This document shows, piece after piece, positions 35,339 through 45,483 of a DNA stretch of 64,000 nucleotides (position 1 is the stretch's first letter; every line of letters begins with the position of its first letter). The notes under the pieces were generated by a model. That model was given only the letters and a program-made list of their open reading frames with translations, ran no database searches and was not told the DNA's origin. A program made the translations under genes and the position numbers. This DNA is from Opitutus sp. GTDB taxonomy: Bacteria; Verrucomicrobiota; Verrucomicrobiia; Opitutales; Opitutaceae. The DNA is taken from positions 259,900-323,899 of the forward strand of contig JACEUQ010000003.1 of NCBI GenBank assembly GCA_024998815.1. Direction: 5' to 3'.

Positions 35339-36046
35339 TTATTCCTCGTAGTTGAATCTCGCGGGAACATGGAAACAGGGTGCCAGTTCGCGAAACATGG
35401 TCAGATGCCCTTGGGCATTGAGATGCAGGGTGTCCGCATAGCGACAGCTCAGGCCTTGGTAGCTGTGGGACAGCTTTACGGCGGTGCTCTTGTGCCCGGC
35501 CCAGGCGGAGTAGTGATCGCAAACCACACAATCCAGCTCTCGGCCAAGCTCCGCAATCGCCCTCGCATAGCGTTCGATCACGCCACTCTCACCGGGCCAG
35601 GCCACTCCCGGCTTGGCACCGGATGGCAATGCTTCCCCGTAACCGGAACCAAAGACCTTGGGTGCCGGGGTGCGCATGAGGATCTCTGCCCCGCTCTCAC
35701 GCCGCACTCTTTCCACAAATGCCCGGTAACTGGTCCGAAACTCCTCGATGCGGGAAACTCCCATGTTTTGGTCGTTGATCCCAAAGGATGCGATTACCAG
35801 ATCCGGCTTCCAACGCAGGATGTCTTGCTCAAGTCGCAGGAGTTGCTTGGCTACCGTGTTTCCACAGACCGCGCTATTGATGGTATAGACGCATCCGTCG
35901 CCATAGGTTTCGCAGATGGCGAGGTGAAGGTGATGAAACCAGTTAAAATGTCCCTTGGTATGGCCCGCGATGACGTTGTTGGAGTCACCGACAGATACAA
36001 TGGTCACCGGCGACTGGGCCTGGAGTTTTGCTAGGCTTTTCTTCAT
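35339..36046 (-). CDS. SGNH/GDSL hydrolase family esterase
   Basis: VSVGDSN, NSAVCGNT, SFGINDQ, DTLHLNAQGH. Confidence 0.88.
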   Translation of the reverse strand: MKKSLAKLQAQSPVTIVSVGDSNNVIAGHTKGHFNWFHHLHLAICETYGDGCVYTINSAVCGNTVAKQLLRLEQDILRWKPDLVIASFGINDQNMGVSRIEEFRTSYRAFVERVRRESGAEILMRTPAPKVFGSGYGEALPSGAKPGVAWPGESGVIERYARAIAELGRELDCVVCDHYSAWAGHKSTAVKLSHSYQGLSCRYADTLHLNAQGHLTMFRELAPCFHVPARFNYEE

Positions 36047-36050
36047 GGCC

Positions 36051-37685
36051 TCACGCCTCAAGAGTGAAGATGCCGCTGGATACGCCACCCATTCGGATGA
36101 GCCATTTTTTCCCTGCTCGTTCCATGGTTGTGTCGACGCCATCGAGAACCGTGGCCTTGGAACAAGAGGCTTCGATCATGACCGTTACCGGTTGATCGGA
36201 TGGATTGACGGCGACAAGGACGCGTTGGCCGCCGAGTTTGCGTTGGTAAACAAACGGATAGCGGTTTCGTTTTGCGTAGAGGGGTTCGAAGTCCCCATCG
36301 CCGCCGAGCGCCGGATGTTCGCGGCGCAGCGTCGCAAGTTGGCGAATGTGGTTCAGCAAGGAGTCGGGATCTTTTTCCTGTGCCTCGATGGTCGGCCGGT
36401 TCCTTGCGGGATCGATGGACAGGTAGAGATTTTTCGCGGGTGCCGTCGAGAATCCGGCATTCCGTCCCTTCGTCCATTGCATCGGAGTGCGTGAACCGGT
36501 GCGGTTGTAACCGCCTTCCTTGGACACAAGCCCGCGCACATAGCCCATGCCGATCTCATCTCCGCAGTAAAGATACGGCACGCCGGGCATGGTCATGAGG
36601 AAGGTGAAGGCGACCTTGAGTTCGTCCATGGTCCGACCCTCCGCGAGCCGCATGATGTCGTGATTGCCACTCGGAATGGAGATGTAACCGGAACGGCGGG
36701 TTTTGCGGAAGTGTTTGAGGTAGGAATCGAGGAACGCACAGATGTCGCCCTTTCCCTTGCGATCAAAAAAACTGGGGGGGACGTTCTTAAAGAAACCAAA
36801 GAGGTCTCGCTCGGGCTCGCTCCGGAAAAGCGAAGTGTAAGAGGGGTCGTTAAAGTGGATGAGAAAATCGATATGGAAACCCGCAGCGATTGCGCGGGCC
36901 GGATCCGACCACTCGGCAATGAGAACGGCGTCGGGATATTCAGCGTCATACATGGCCCGCATGTCCGCCCAGAGCTTCATCGTTTCCTTGAAGTCCTTGT
37001 CGCCCTTCACGAGGGAGGACGCCATGTCCACCCGGAAACCGTCCGCCCCGGCGTCGAGCCAGTAGCGCATGATGTTCTTCATCTCCTCGCGCGTCGCGAG
37101 GCAGTCGGGATGATCCACCGGTAGTTGCCACGGCTTCTGTGGATCGGGTTTCGCGAAGCCGTAGTTCAGTGCCGGCTGGAAGTGAAAAAAATTGGTGATG
37201 TAATTTCCCTCCCGCTCGGAAAATCCGGAGATCATCGAGAGTCCAGGGGGCGGCCCGCTAAAAACGTTGTTCATCCAAACGTAGCGGTTGGTGAATGAAT
37301 TGCTCCCGTCCTTCGAGGACTGCTTGAACCACGGGTGCTCCGTGGAAGTGTGCCCGGCGACAAGGTCGAGACAGACACGCATCCCGCGCTTATGGGCTTC
37401 TTTGAAAAGGCGGGTCAGATCGGCATTGGAGCCGTAGCGCGGGGCGACCTTGTAAAAATCGCTGATATCGTAACCCGCATCACCGAAGGGTGATTCAAAG
37501 CACGGGTTCAGCCAAATCGCGTTGCAACCCAACGAGCGAATATAATCCAATTTTGCGATGACTCCGGGCAGATCCCCGATGCCATCGCCATTGGTGTCCA
37601 GAAAACTCTGGGGGTAAACCTCGTAAAAAAAGGCATCGGCAAGCCAGGTTGGTGGGCGGGATTCCATGAAGTGGGTGCAGCGCAT
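36051..37685 (-). CDS. GH13 alpha-amylase family glycosidase
   Basis: FYEVYPQSFLDTNGDGIGDLPG, DLVAGHTS, DGFRVDMA, IAEW, SGNHD. Confidence 0.92.
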   Translation of the reverse strand: MRCTHFMESRPPTWLADAFFYEVYPQSFLDTNGDGIGDLPGVIAKLDYIRSLGCNAIWLNPCFESPFGDAGYDISDFYKVAPRYGSNADLTRLFKEAHKRGMRVCLDLVAGHTSTEHPWFKQSSKDGSNSFTNRYVWMNNVFSGPPPGLSMISGFSEREGNYITNFFHFQPALNYGFAKPDPQKPWQLPVDHPDCLATREEMKNIMRYWLDAGADGFRVDMASSLVKGDKDFKETMKLWADMRAMYDAEYPDAVLIAEWSDPARAIAAGFHIDFLIHFNDPSYTSLFRSEPERDLFGFFKNVPPSFFDRKGKGDICAFLDSYLKHFRKTRRSGYISIPSGNHDIMRLAEGRTMDELKVAFTFLMTMPGVPYLYCGDEIGMGYVRGLVSKEGGYNRTGSRTPMQWTKGRNAGFSTAPAKNLYLSIDPARNRPTIEAQEKDPDSLLNHIRQLATLRREHPALGGDGDFEPLYAKRNRYPFVYQRKLGGQRVLVAVNPSDQPVTVMIEASCSKATVLDGVDTTMERAGKKWLIRMGGVSSGIFTLEA

Positions 37686-37687
37686 GA

Positions 37688-37921
37688 TTAGGCGTTGCGG
37701 TTATCGTGTTCACGCGTCTCAGAGACTACGCGGGAACCAGTCTTCGGCTTGTCGGCGATAATTCCCAGACTGGTGACGGCGCAGGTAACCAGAATAGGAA
37801 TGATAATCGAGTGGTCTCCGGGTATAGCGATTACGATGGATGCGGCAATGATTGCACCAATCCAGATGATGCCGTGTGCGACAAATTGTGTGTAGGTTCG
37901 CGGTTCAGGGCGTGTGTTCAT
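37688..37921 (-). CDS. Small two-helix membrane protein
   Basis: 77 aa, two hydrophobic stretches, start overlaps the upstream stop. Confidence 0.6.
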   Translation of the reverse strand: MNTRPEPRTYTQFVAHGIIWIGAIIAASIVIAIPGDHSIIIPILVTCAVTSLGIIADKPKTGSRVVSETREHDNRNA

Positions 37922-40839
37922 AATGTTTCGTTCTCAGTTTGCGTGTAGGGAAGCATAACCATTCGGTAGCGTAACGTGGCCTCTTGGTCCTTCTGCCACG
38001 TCGCAGGGAGGGCGACCTCGACTCGGTCATAGTGAATGCCGTCACGCCCTTGCAGTCCGCTCCGGCAGATTTTGAGATCACGCGGTTCGTCGAGTTTGAT
38101 ACGAAGTCCGCGACCCTTTTTGTCCGTCAAGGACACTCCGCCTGCATGGGCGTGTGCGAGGCGGACGCTTTTCCTGATTCCCTCCGGCAAAGATGACAGG
38201 TCGGCAGGTGTCTCGCTTCCCTCCACCGTAATCGTCGCTCCCTCTTTTTTGAACGGGCCGGTGGCGAGCGGAATGTTTTCCACCAAGGACTCGCACGAAA
38301 ACGCGTTTGCTGCGCGGAGGGTGACCTCCACGATGATTGCGTTTTCCTCAAAGGTGTAGCGCCGCGTGTAGTTGAGCGGGAGAGAATCCAATTGCCCACG
38401 AGCGGTCAGCGTTCCTGCCGACTCATCCACGGATGCGACGCTTGCGAAATAATCTTCGGCGTGGCGCCTGCCATCTGCTCCAAGGGCCACAAGGCCGTGG
38501 TGCGAATAAGGGCTGTTACCGGTCAGAATCGCATTGCCGTAGCCTGCAATGGCGAAGGTGGTGAATCCTGCGTTATTGAAGGGGCGCAGCGTTCCCTTTT
38601 GATTGCGATAAAGCTCCCAAGGGTTCGCGCCTGTGAGTTCTTCGTGATTGGTGGGTGCTTTGAGCCCGGCGACTCCGGGCCCCACGGATTTCGGTGAAAC
38701 GGCGGGCTTGCCGATATAAAATGCCGCATAGTAAGAAGGGCGTTTCACCGCGACCAATTCCCCGCCGATGATTCGAAGGAAGGAATCCTTTGATTCGGCA
38801 GGCCAAGCGGCGTTGGGGTTCGTGCCGCGTTTTCCCAATGGCACTTGAGAGCCTTGGGCCTCTGCGATTCTAAAACTGGGATCGCCCGTGGGGGCCTTTC
38901 CGATTTCCGAGAGCAATTGGTTCCGCGCCCTCTCAATGGCGTCGGTTGTGTAGTCCCCGGCAGTCCAAAGATCCACCTCGGCCAGCTCTCCAGGAAGCAA
39001 CGTTTTGCGGGCACCACCGTATTGCTCCGCATGAAATCCTTCCGGCGTGCGATGGCTGTAGTTGAATCCACCGAACGGACGACCATCGGGCTCTGGCGCG
39101 ACGGTGTAGTTGTAGAATGCGTAAGATTTCCGGAGCGCCTCCAGCATCACCGGATCACCCGTGAGGCGGTAATACTCCGCCATGTAGTAATGTTGGATGC
39201 CGCAGTAGGTGCCGCAGGGGCCTCCATTCTCGATCTGATAACCGGCGGGACTGGCTCCGTCGGCGTAGCGTTTTGCGAACCGGCGGACCAACTCCGCATC
39301 GGCGGGGTCTCCGGTTCCCACGGCGAACCATTGGAACGCCGCAAGATAGTGGGCACTTTGATTGCGCGTGGCAACAAGCCCCTCTGCCCAATGGCGCTCA
39401 AAAAGCCGGCGGACCACGGCGGCCCACGGTTCGCGAATCTCCGGCGGCAGGTGCGGCGCGAGGAGCCCAAACTCGGGGAAATACCTTTTCGCAAAGACGA
39501 ATCCGGGGAAACCGGGGTAAGTGCTCAATTCGGACGGCGTGCCTGGCACGACTTCGTCTTCGGTCAGGCCGACGATGTCGCGCAGTGCGGCCGCAGTGGC
39601 GCGGTTGAGCACATCGGCACGATGCCGATACGGATTGAATGGCTCGTCGAGCGCATACGCCCATGCGAGACCGAGAGCGTAAGGAGCCTGGTTGATTCCA
39701 CCTTTGCCGACCCCTTGGAATTCCGGCATCGAATGAAGATAATCCCAGCGATCTTTGGGTTCTTTGGCTGCCAAGCGCGGGCCCCAAACCTGTTTGCCGA
39801 TCGTGCCGCCCCATAAGCTCGTCGGGTCGAGATTCTGCTCGCGCAGACTAAAGAAGAGCCCCGGACCCACCCCGTATGCCTGCCGGAAGGCGAGTGCCTT
39901 GGCCGGATCGCCTTTGCTCCAAATTTGGGGATCCGCATCGAGAAGTTTGATGAGCGCTTCGGTCTGGCCGACCTTCTCCGGCGCGAGCAATCCTGGTATT
40001 CTCTCCAAGAGAGTTTCCTGATCGCGAAATGCCAACCAAGAGCCATCGGGCGTCATTCCGGTTGAGGCGCCGAGCGCCTTGGCTGCTTCCGCCTCCTCAC
40101 ATAAAATCACGGGAAAACCTGCGGCGGAAAATTGCCAGTCACCATTGAGTTCCATGCTCCAAAGCTCGCCGGGGCTTTTGACCGTGATCTCCGCCAACTG
40201 CTCGTCCTTCGTGCCAGTAGAGGGATAAAGAATCTGATCCTTCGAATCACGCAGGGTAATGCCACGGCCTTTGATTTTCAGGTTCATGGCATTCTGCGGA
40301 ACATAAAACCAGACCTTCGAGAGACCGGGTTTCCACGCGCTGAAAAAGCCGTTTTGAAAAGAAACGCCCGATGGCATCGGAAAATCGCTCTCAAGCTGGA
40401 GTACCGTTTTTTTCAAGCCAGAGACCATGCGAACCTCATATATTCCCGGCTGTATGAGTTCGCGGCGAAAGATTCCGACCTCGGCGGGCCAACGGGAATC
40501 TTGAGCGGATGCCTTTCCCTCGGGTCTGGGTGTTTCATCGGACTCGACAGCGTCATCCGGGCCTTCTCCTCCGCGATCCAAGTGCTCACGCAGAAGCAAT
40601 TTGTCCGATGGATCGAAAAGCCTGAGAGAAATCAGATCGCGATCTTTCTTCGATTGCCCGCGCAGTTTCATGGTGATCTGTTGCGGATCTGCCGAAGTCT
40701 TCAAAAGATAGACCGTCACAGGTGTGGACGGACGATACAGGGAATCTGCAAGTTTCACATGTGGGGACTTACATCCCGCAAGCGTCAATCCGACGAACAA
40801 AGCCAGCCCCAGCTGTGGCAGGAAAATAAGCTTAGACAT
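37918..40839 (-). CDS. Large hypothetical lipoprotein (possible carbohydrate-active enzyme)
   Basis: Lipobox LAGC about 23 aa after ATG 40839 (alternative start 40881 overlaps the upstream stop); central helical aromatic-rich region. Confidence 0.7.
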   Translation of the reverse strand: MSKLIFLPQLGLALFVGLTLAGCKSPHVKLADSLYRPSTPVTVYLLKTSADPQQITMKLRGQSKKDRDLISLRLFDPSDKLLLREHLDRGGEGPDDAVESDETPRPEGKASAQDSRWPAEVGIFRRELIQPGIYEVRMVSGLKKTVLQLESDFPMPSGVSFQNGFFSAWKPGLSKVWFYVPQNAMNLKIKGRGITLRDSKDQILYPSTGTKDEQLAEITVKSPGELWSMELNGDWQFSAAGFPVILCEEAEAAKALGASTGMTPDGSWLAFRDQETLLERIPGLLAPEKVGQTEALIKLLDADPQIWSKGDPAKALAFRQAYGVGPGLFFSLREQNLDPTSLWGGTIGKQVWGPRLAAKEPKDRWDYLHSMPEFQGVGKGGINQAPYALGLAWAYALDEPFNPYRHRADVLNRATAAALRDIVGLTEDEVVPGTPSELSTYPGFPGFVFAKRYFPEFGLLAPHLPPEIREPWAAVVRRLFERHWAEGLVATRNQSAHYLAAFQWFAVGTGDPADAELVRRFAKRYADGASPAGYQIENGGPCGTYCGIQHYYMAEYYRLTGDPVMLEALRKSYAFYNYTVAPEPDGRPFGGFNYSHRTPEGFHAEQYGGARKTLLPGELAEVDLWTAGDYTTDAIERARNQLLSEIGKAPTGDPSFRIAEAQGSQVPLGKRGTNPNAAWPAESKDSFLRIIGGELVAVKRPSYYAAFYIGKPAVSPKSVGPGVAGLKAPTNHEELTGANPWELYRNQKGTLRPFNNAGFTTFAIAGYGNAILTGNSPYSHHGLVALGADGRRHAEDYFASVASVDESAGTLTARGQLDSLPLNYTRRYTFEENAIIVEVTLRAANAFSCESLVENIPLATGPFKKEGATITVEGSETPADLSSLPEGIRKSVRLAHAHAGGVSLTDKKGRGLRIKLDEPRDLKICRSGLQGRDGIHYDRVEVALPATWQKDQEATLRYRMVMLPYTQTENETL

Positions 40840-40877
40840 TGAGACCGCGCAAAAAAAATGGCGAGTTGCACGAAATT

Positions 40878-42149
40878 TCATGTTGTTTTCAAACGTTTGA
40901 TGGAGCGGATTTCATTTATGCTGGCGGCCCATTGAGCGCCGATTGCAGCCTGGCGCGCCGCTGCGGTTCGTCTGGCGCTGGGATAATCCTTCAGCCAGCC
41001 TTCGATGGATTTCCACAGATCATTCACAGAGGTTTCCCCGATTTCAAAAAACCAGTCGCCCATGCCGAGATCCCGCCACATTTGACCCTTGATCGTATCC
41101 GTCGGCTGCCGAAGGTAGATAATCGGGGTGCCGGATATCAAAGCAAGGATTGGAGAATGGTTTTCGATACTCACAATGCTGTGGGCAGCCGCATAGACAG
41201 CCAGAGCCTCATCGGGGAGCCAGTAACGCTCGAGCCATACTGTCTTCGCCCGGACATCCTCCGGCATAAGGTCGTAGATGGTGGTTTTGGCAAGCGGCAC
41301 CTCGTAGGTCATTTCCGGGCAAAGAAGCACCTTTTTGCCTGTTTCCCTCACCCACCGAACGACGAGATCGGCGAGCAGTCCCATGTCGTGGGCTTGCGTG
41401 CGGTTGTTCACTGCATCCTTCGCCTTGGTCGCGGCATCTTCGGGCACCCAATCGTGCATGCGGTGGTAAGGGGTGTAGCGCAGGCGAGGAACCACACAGA
41501 GGTAGTCATTCTTTATGAGTTCGTGCTCACGAAGGAAATCATTCGCCGCCTTCGGAGCCGCAGGGGCAAAGCCAAAGGTCGCATCCGCACCGAAAGCGAC
41601 ATGCCCGCTGTGGAGCCCGAACTTTTCCAAAAAGCGCTTGGTGAGTGAATCACGGCAGTAGATGAGGTTGGCCGACTGAAAAACGGATGTCTGGAGATCA
41701 TTCAGGCTGTGGTGGGGCATGCTTTCGATCTGCTGCGAGAGCTGCTCGAGAGTTCCACCTTCCCAATTCCCGGTTTGCATCGGCCCGGTGGGGTCCATGG
41801 TTATGCCGAAAAGCACGCTGGGCTTGCCGGTTTTTTCGTTCCAGATCCTCAAATCGCGAGCCACGATCAAGCCCGGCGCGGAACCGTGCACATAAATGTC
41901 GCATTCAGTAAATGCACGACGTAGTGTCTCGCTATCCGGCTCGCCCTGTTCGTTCAGCGTTCCCTCGGCCAATCGAATGTCTGGGTAGCTGGAAGTGAGT
42001 TTTTCCCGGACACCACGGTCAATGTTAAGCGGCCAAAGGGTAATTGTGATATCCGGTGCGTATTTTCGAAAAATCTCCAGGAACCCAAAGGTGTGGCCGA
42101 TGTCGCCGATATTGACTGTCTGCCAGGAGGAACGAAGGAGGAGGTGCAT
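40878..42149 (-). CDS. Polysaccharide pyruvyl transferase family protein
   Basis: NIGD, IYCRDSLT, FGADATF, ENHSPILALISGTP. Confidence 0.85.
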   Translation of the reverse strand: MHLLLRSSWQTVNIGDIGHTFGFLEIFRKYAPDITITLWPLNIDRGVREKLTSSYPDIRLAEGTLNEQGEPDSETLRRAFTECDIYVHGSAPGLIVARDLRIWNEKTGKPSVLFGITMDPTGPMQTGNWEGGTLEQLSQQIESMPHHSLNDLQTSVFQSANLIYCRDSLTKRFLEKFGLHSGHVAFGADATFGFAPAAPKAANDFLREHELIKNDYLCVVPRLRYTPYHRMHDWVPEDAATKAKDAVNNRTQAHDMGLLADLVVRWVRETGKKVLLCPEMTYEVPLAKTTIYDLMPEDVRAKTVWLERYWLPDEALAVYAAAHSIVSIENHSPILALISGTPIIYLRQPTDTIKGQMWRDLGMGDWFFEIGETSVNDLWKSIEGWLKDYPSARRTAAARQAAIGAQWAASINEIRSIKRLKTT

Positions 42150-42466
42150 TTTTGTTGATGAGGTAGAACAAGTGGGTGTTTTTGGATCGATTTACAAGAA
42201 GATAGCAGGCGCCGTTCAAGACCACCGACAGAAGGGTGAGCGCGATTCCCTGGAGCGTCTCGGCGCGGTGGCCCGGGTGGCGGCTGAATTCAGTGTTCAT
42301 GTCTGGTCAGGACTCGAGGCGCAGAAACGCACGGTGCCGCCGATGAGCGAGGAGGCGGGATTCCAAGCCTGACGCAGGGTCAACACTGGTTCGGTGGCGG
42401 ATGGGCGGGCCATCCAGCCGGCGAGATCGGACACGACGATCATGGGACAAAGCAGAGGTGTGCGGC

Positions 42467-43591
42467 TCATTTAAGGCAGGGGAGATACCTCTTCACTATT
42501 GATTCGAGTGATGTTGTGGCAACCTCCATGCGCGCGACTAAGTGGAGTTGGTTGCGGGCGCGGTCGAGGTTGTGACCCGGTCGCTTGGTTTTGAAGTAAA
42601 TGTCACCTTGGAGATAATCGGTGAGGAAGCGGATGCCGACCTCGAAGGTCATGAGTTTACCAGCGAAAACCAGGTTCTCCCACTCGGACGGTGTGAGGAT
42701 GTTGCCCGCACCGGCGATGTAGCCTTGCACGATGGCCTCGAAGACGGGGAGCGAGACGTCGATCTTGGACAAATCCGCTTCATCTTCGGCCGCTGTGTTG
42801 GTGGCGAAGCGCACCAGGTCGCCGAAATCGTAGAGCGAAAGTCCCGGCATAACCGTGTCGAGGTCGATAACGCAGATGCCTTCGCCTGTGGCATCATCGA
42901 GCATGACGTTATTGAGCTTGGTGTCGTTGTGCGTGACGCGTTCGGGGATGTGGCCGGATCTCACGAGGTCGAGCAGGCGGCTGGTTTCAGCCTCGCGCTC
43001 AAAGGCAAACTTGAGCTCGGGAAGCACTTCTTTTTTGCGACCGGCCACATCGGCCTCGGCGGCCTTGCGCAACGCCTCGAATCGCTTGGGAGTATCGTGA
43101 AAATGAGGAATGGTCTCGTGCAGACGGGTGCCCGGTAGATCGGCAAGCGATTGTTGAAACAAACCGAAAGCCCTCGCGGCTTCATAGGCTTGCTGAGGAT
43201 TTTCGACGGCATCGTAGGTGCGGGCGTGTTCGACGAACAAATAAACACGCCAATACTCGCCATCCGGAGTCTGGTGAACGGGCTCTCCGGTTCGAGTTGT
43301 CACCAAGACCAAGGCGCGTCGGTTATCACCTTCCGTAACTTTACCGGCTACGTGAGCGGTGACTCGGCCTATGTTCACCATCAGTTGGGGGACGTTTTTG
43401 AAAATCCGGTGATTGATGCGTTGAAAAATATACCGCACCGGCGTGCCGGCTTGGTCAAAGTTGACCACAAAGGTGTCGTTGATGTGGCCGCTGCCGTAGC
43501 GCTGGGCGTCAAGCAGGTTGCCGTGCAAAAGAAAGTGGGAGGCCACCGCGCTCATTGCTTCGCGGGAGGGAGTTTGGGAACGATCGGACAT
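42467..43591 (-). CDS. Aminoglycoside phosphotransferase family kinase, N-acetylhexosamine 1-kinase-like
   Basis: YGSGHINDT, YIFQRIN, TIPHFHDTPKR, RVTHNDTKLNN, VIDLDTVMPG, YDFGD, LRFLTDYL-like EVGIRFLTDYL. Confidence 0.85.
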   Translation of the reverse strand: MSDRSQTPSREAMSAVASHFLLHGNLLDAQRYGSGHINDTFVVNFDQAGTPVRYIFQRINHRIFKNVPQLMVNIGRVTAHVAGKVTEGDNRRALVLVTTRTGEPVHQTPDGEYWRVYLFVEHARTYDAVENPQQAYEAARAFGLFQQSLADLPGTRLHETIPHFHDTPKRFEALRKAAEADVAGRKKEVLPELKFAFEREAETSRLLDLVRSGHIPERVTHNDTKLNNVMLDDATGEGICVIDLDTVMPGLSLYDFGDLVRFATNTAAEDEADLSKIDVSLPVFEAIVQGYIAGAGNILTPSEWENLVFAGKLMTFEVGIRFLTDYLQGDIYFKTKRPGHNLDRARNQLHLVARMEVATTSLESIVKRYLPCLK

Positions 43592-43826
43592 AGAATTTAA
43601 GTGGGTTGGGTAAAGGTAAAGGTGAAGTGGGGTGGGGTGGGGTGGGCGATGCGCGCATTGCTTCAGGTAGCGAAGGACTCGAGGGTGGCTTGTAGTCCCT
43701 TCATTACCCCGTAGGCCGGCTGCCAGCCCGCCGACATCAGCTTTTGAGGGCTCGCTTGGGAGTGGCGGATATCGCCGGCACGCTCCGGGGCGTGGATGAC
43801 GGAAGACGGCGAGCCAGAGCGATCTA

Positions 43827-44941
43827 GTGCTTACTTGCAATAATAAGTGATATTGTATCCGCTTTGTAGATGGGACGAAAAGCCGTGCGAATCACTTGTA
43901 GCGAGGGGGATCAGCAATCCCTAGAAAAACGGGCAACCAGCCGGATTGAGTCGAGGCAGCGAGTTGAGCGCGCCCGGATGATCCTTGGGTGCGTGAGTGG
44001 CGAGCAGGTGCAAGAGGTGGCGCGCCGCTGCAACACCAGGCCGAACACCGTAATAAAGTGGAGGGATCGCTTTGTGCTGCTTGGCATGAAGGGGCTGGAT
44101 GATGCGGCACGGCCGGGCGCGAAGCGCACCTACGGTGAGGACTTTCGAGATCGGGTGCTGGCTTTATTGGAAGGGCCACCCCCTCCGGGGCAGGCGCGCT
44201 GGGATGGTCCAGCGGTGGCCCGTGTGCTCGGCGGCTCGGTGCACGCGGTCTGGCGAGTGCTGCGCAAGGAGGGCATTTGCCTGCAGCGCCAGCGCTCGTG
44301 GTGCGTGAGCACTGACAAGCAGTTCGCAGCCAAGGCAGCCGATATCGTCGGGCTCTACCTGAGCCCACCGGAAAAGGCATTGGTGATAAGTGTGGATGAA
44401 AAGCCTGGCATCCAAGCCCTAGAGCGCGCCACCGGTTACGTGGAGACCGACAATGGTAAAATCGTCCAGGGACTCAAAAGCACCTACAAGCGCCACGGTA
44501 CACTCAACTTGTTCGCTGCCCTTGATGTGGCCACGGGCTTGATCAAGACGCAGAAAACCACCCTTAAGCGCCGGGAGGAGTTCCTGCTGTTCATGGACCA
44601 AGTGGTGGCGGATCACCCGCCCGAGAGAGAACTCCACGTGATTTTGGATAATTATTGCACCCACAAAAAGTGCGACGCTTGGCTCGCTCGGCACCCCAAT
44701 GTCCACTTCCACTTTACCCCAACCTCGGCGAGTTGGCTCAATCAAGTTGAAATCTGGTTCGGCATACTAACAAGGAAGGCGCTACGGGGCGCGAACTTCA
44801 GAAGCGTCGCCGAACTTAGTCAGGCCATTGACGCTTTCGTCGCCGCCTACCTGCCCAATGCCAAGCCGTTCAAGTGGCGCAAGCGCGAGGTCAAGGGAAG
44901 CCAACTCATAAATACTATCATTAATCTACGCAATTAAGCAC
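43827..44941 (+). mobile_element. IS630-family insertion sequence (1115 bp)
   Basis: Ends GTGCTTA(C/A)TTGC; TA duplication in a CTAG target. Confidence 0.92.
43870..44937 (+). CDS. IS630 family transposase
   Basis: SVDEKPGIQAL, YKRHGTLNLFAALD, ILDNYCTHK, TPTSASWLNQVEIWF. Confidence 0.95.
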   Translation: MGRKAVRITCSEGDQQSLEKRATSRIESRQRVERARMILGCVSGEQVQEVARRCNTRPNTVIKWRDRFVLLGMKGLDDAARPGAKRTYGEDFRDRVLALLEGPPPPGQARWDGPAVARVLGGSVHAVWRVLRKEGICLQRQRSWCVSTDKQFAAKAADIVGLYLSPPEKALVISVDEKPGIQALERATGYVETDNGKIVQGLKSTYKRHGTLNLFAALDVATGLIKTQKTTLKRREEFLLFMDQVVADHPPERELHVILDNYCTHKKCDAWLARHPNVHFHFTPTSASWLNQVEIWFGILTRKALRGANFRSVAELSQAIDAFVAAYLPNAKPFKWRKREVKGSQLINTIINLRN

Positions 44942-45483
44942 TAGAATCGTGTGGGCCAGTTCGGCGACGCTCATCGACTGGCCGTAGCCGGCGTTGAACA
45001 CACCGGTCACACCGGGACGTTCTGCAAGAAAGGCGAGGGCGCCGACGATGTCCTTCACATAGATAAAGTCACGGGTCTGCCCGCCGTCGCCAAAAATGGT
45101 GATCGGCTCGTGCGCGACCGCCTTCTGGATAAAAATCGGCACCGCCGCCGCGTAAGCGCCTCGCGGGTCCTGACGCGGGCCGAAGACGTTGAAGAAGCGC
45201 AGAGCGGCGGTTTCGAGCAGGCCCTCGCGTGCATAGAGGGCACAGTAGTATTCACCGTCGAGTTTGGTGATGCCGTAGGGGCTGCGCGGGTCCGGCACCA
45301 TGGTTTCCACTTTGGGCTGCTCCGGGTTTTCGCCATACACGGCGGCAGTGCTCGCAAAGCAGAGTTTTTTCACGCCGTGATTCTTGCACGAGGCCAAGAC
45401 ATTGAGAAGTCCGTGGATATTGATATCCACGGTCTGGAGTTTGGCCCCAAAAGCAGGTGGATGCGAAGCGGCCGGAGGCCCGG

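Larger units (their letters stand above)
43663..45433 (-). pseudogene. NAD-dependent epimerase/dehydratase (GalE-like), split by IS630 and 5'-truncated by the IS701-like copy
   Basis: FASTAAVYG, SPYGITK (YxxxK), LRFFNVFGPRQ, QTRDFIYVKD at 44942-45433; ERAGDIRHSQA...GWQP tail at 43663-43826 rejoins in frame. Confidence 0.9.

Noticed and set aside
42153-42470. Small ORFs between the kinase and pyruvyl transferase genes
   Set aside because: Several short overlapping frames with no motif; none could be supported over the others.
43592-43840. 457-aa version of the kinase starting at 43840
   Set aside because: That start lies in the IS630 end and overlaps the epimerase C-terminal frame; ATG 43591 fits the family length.
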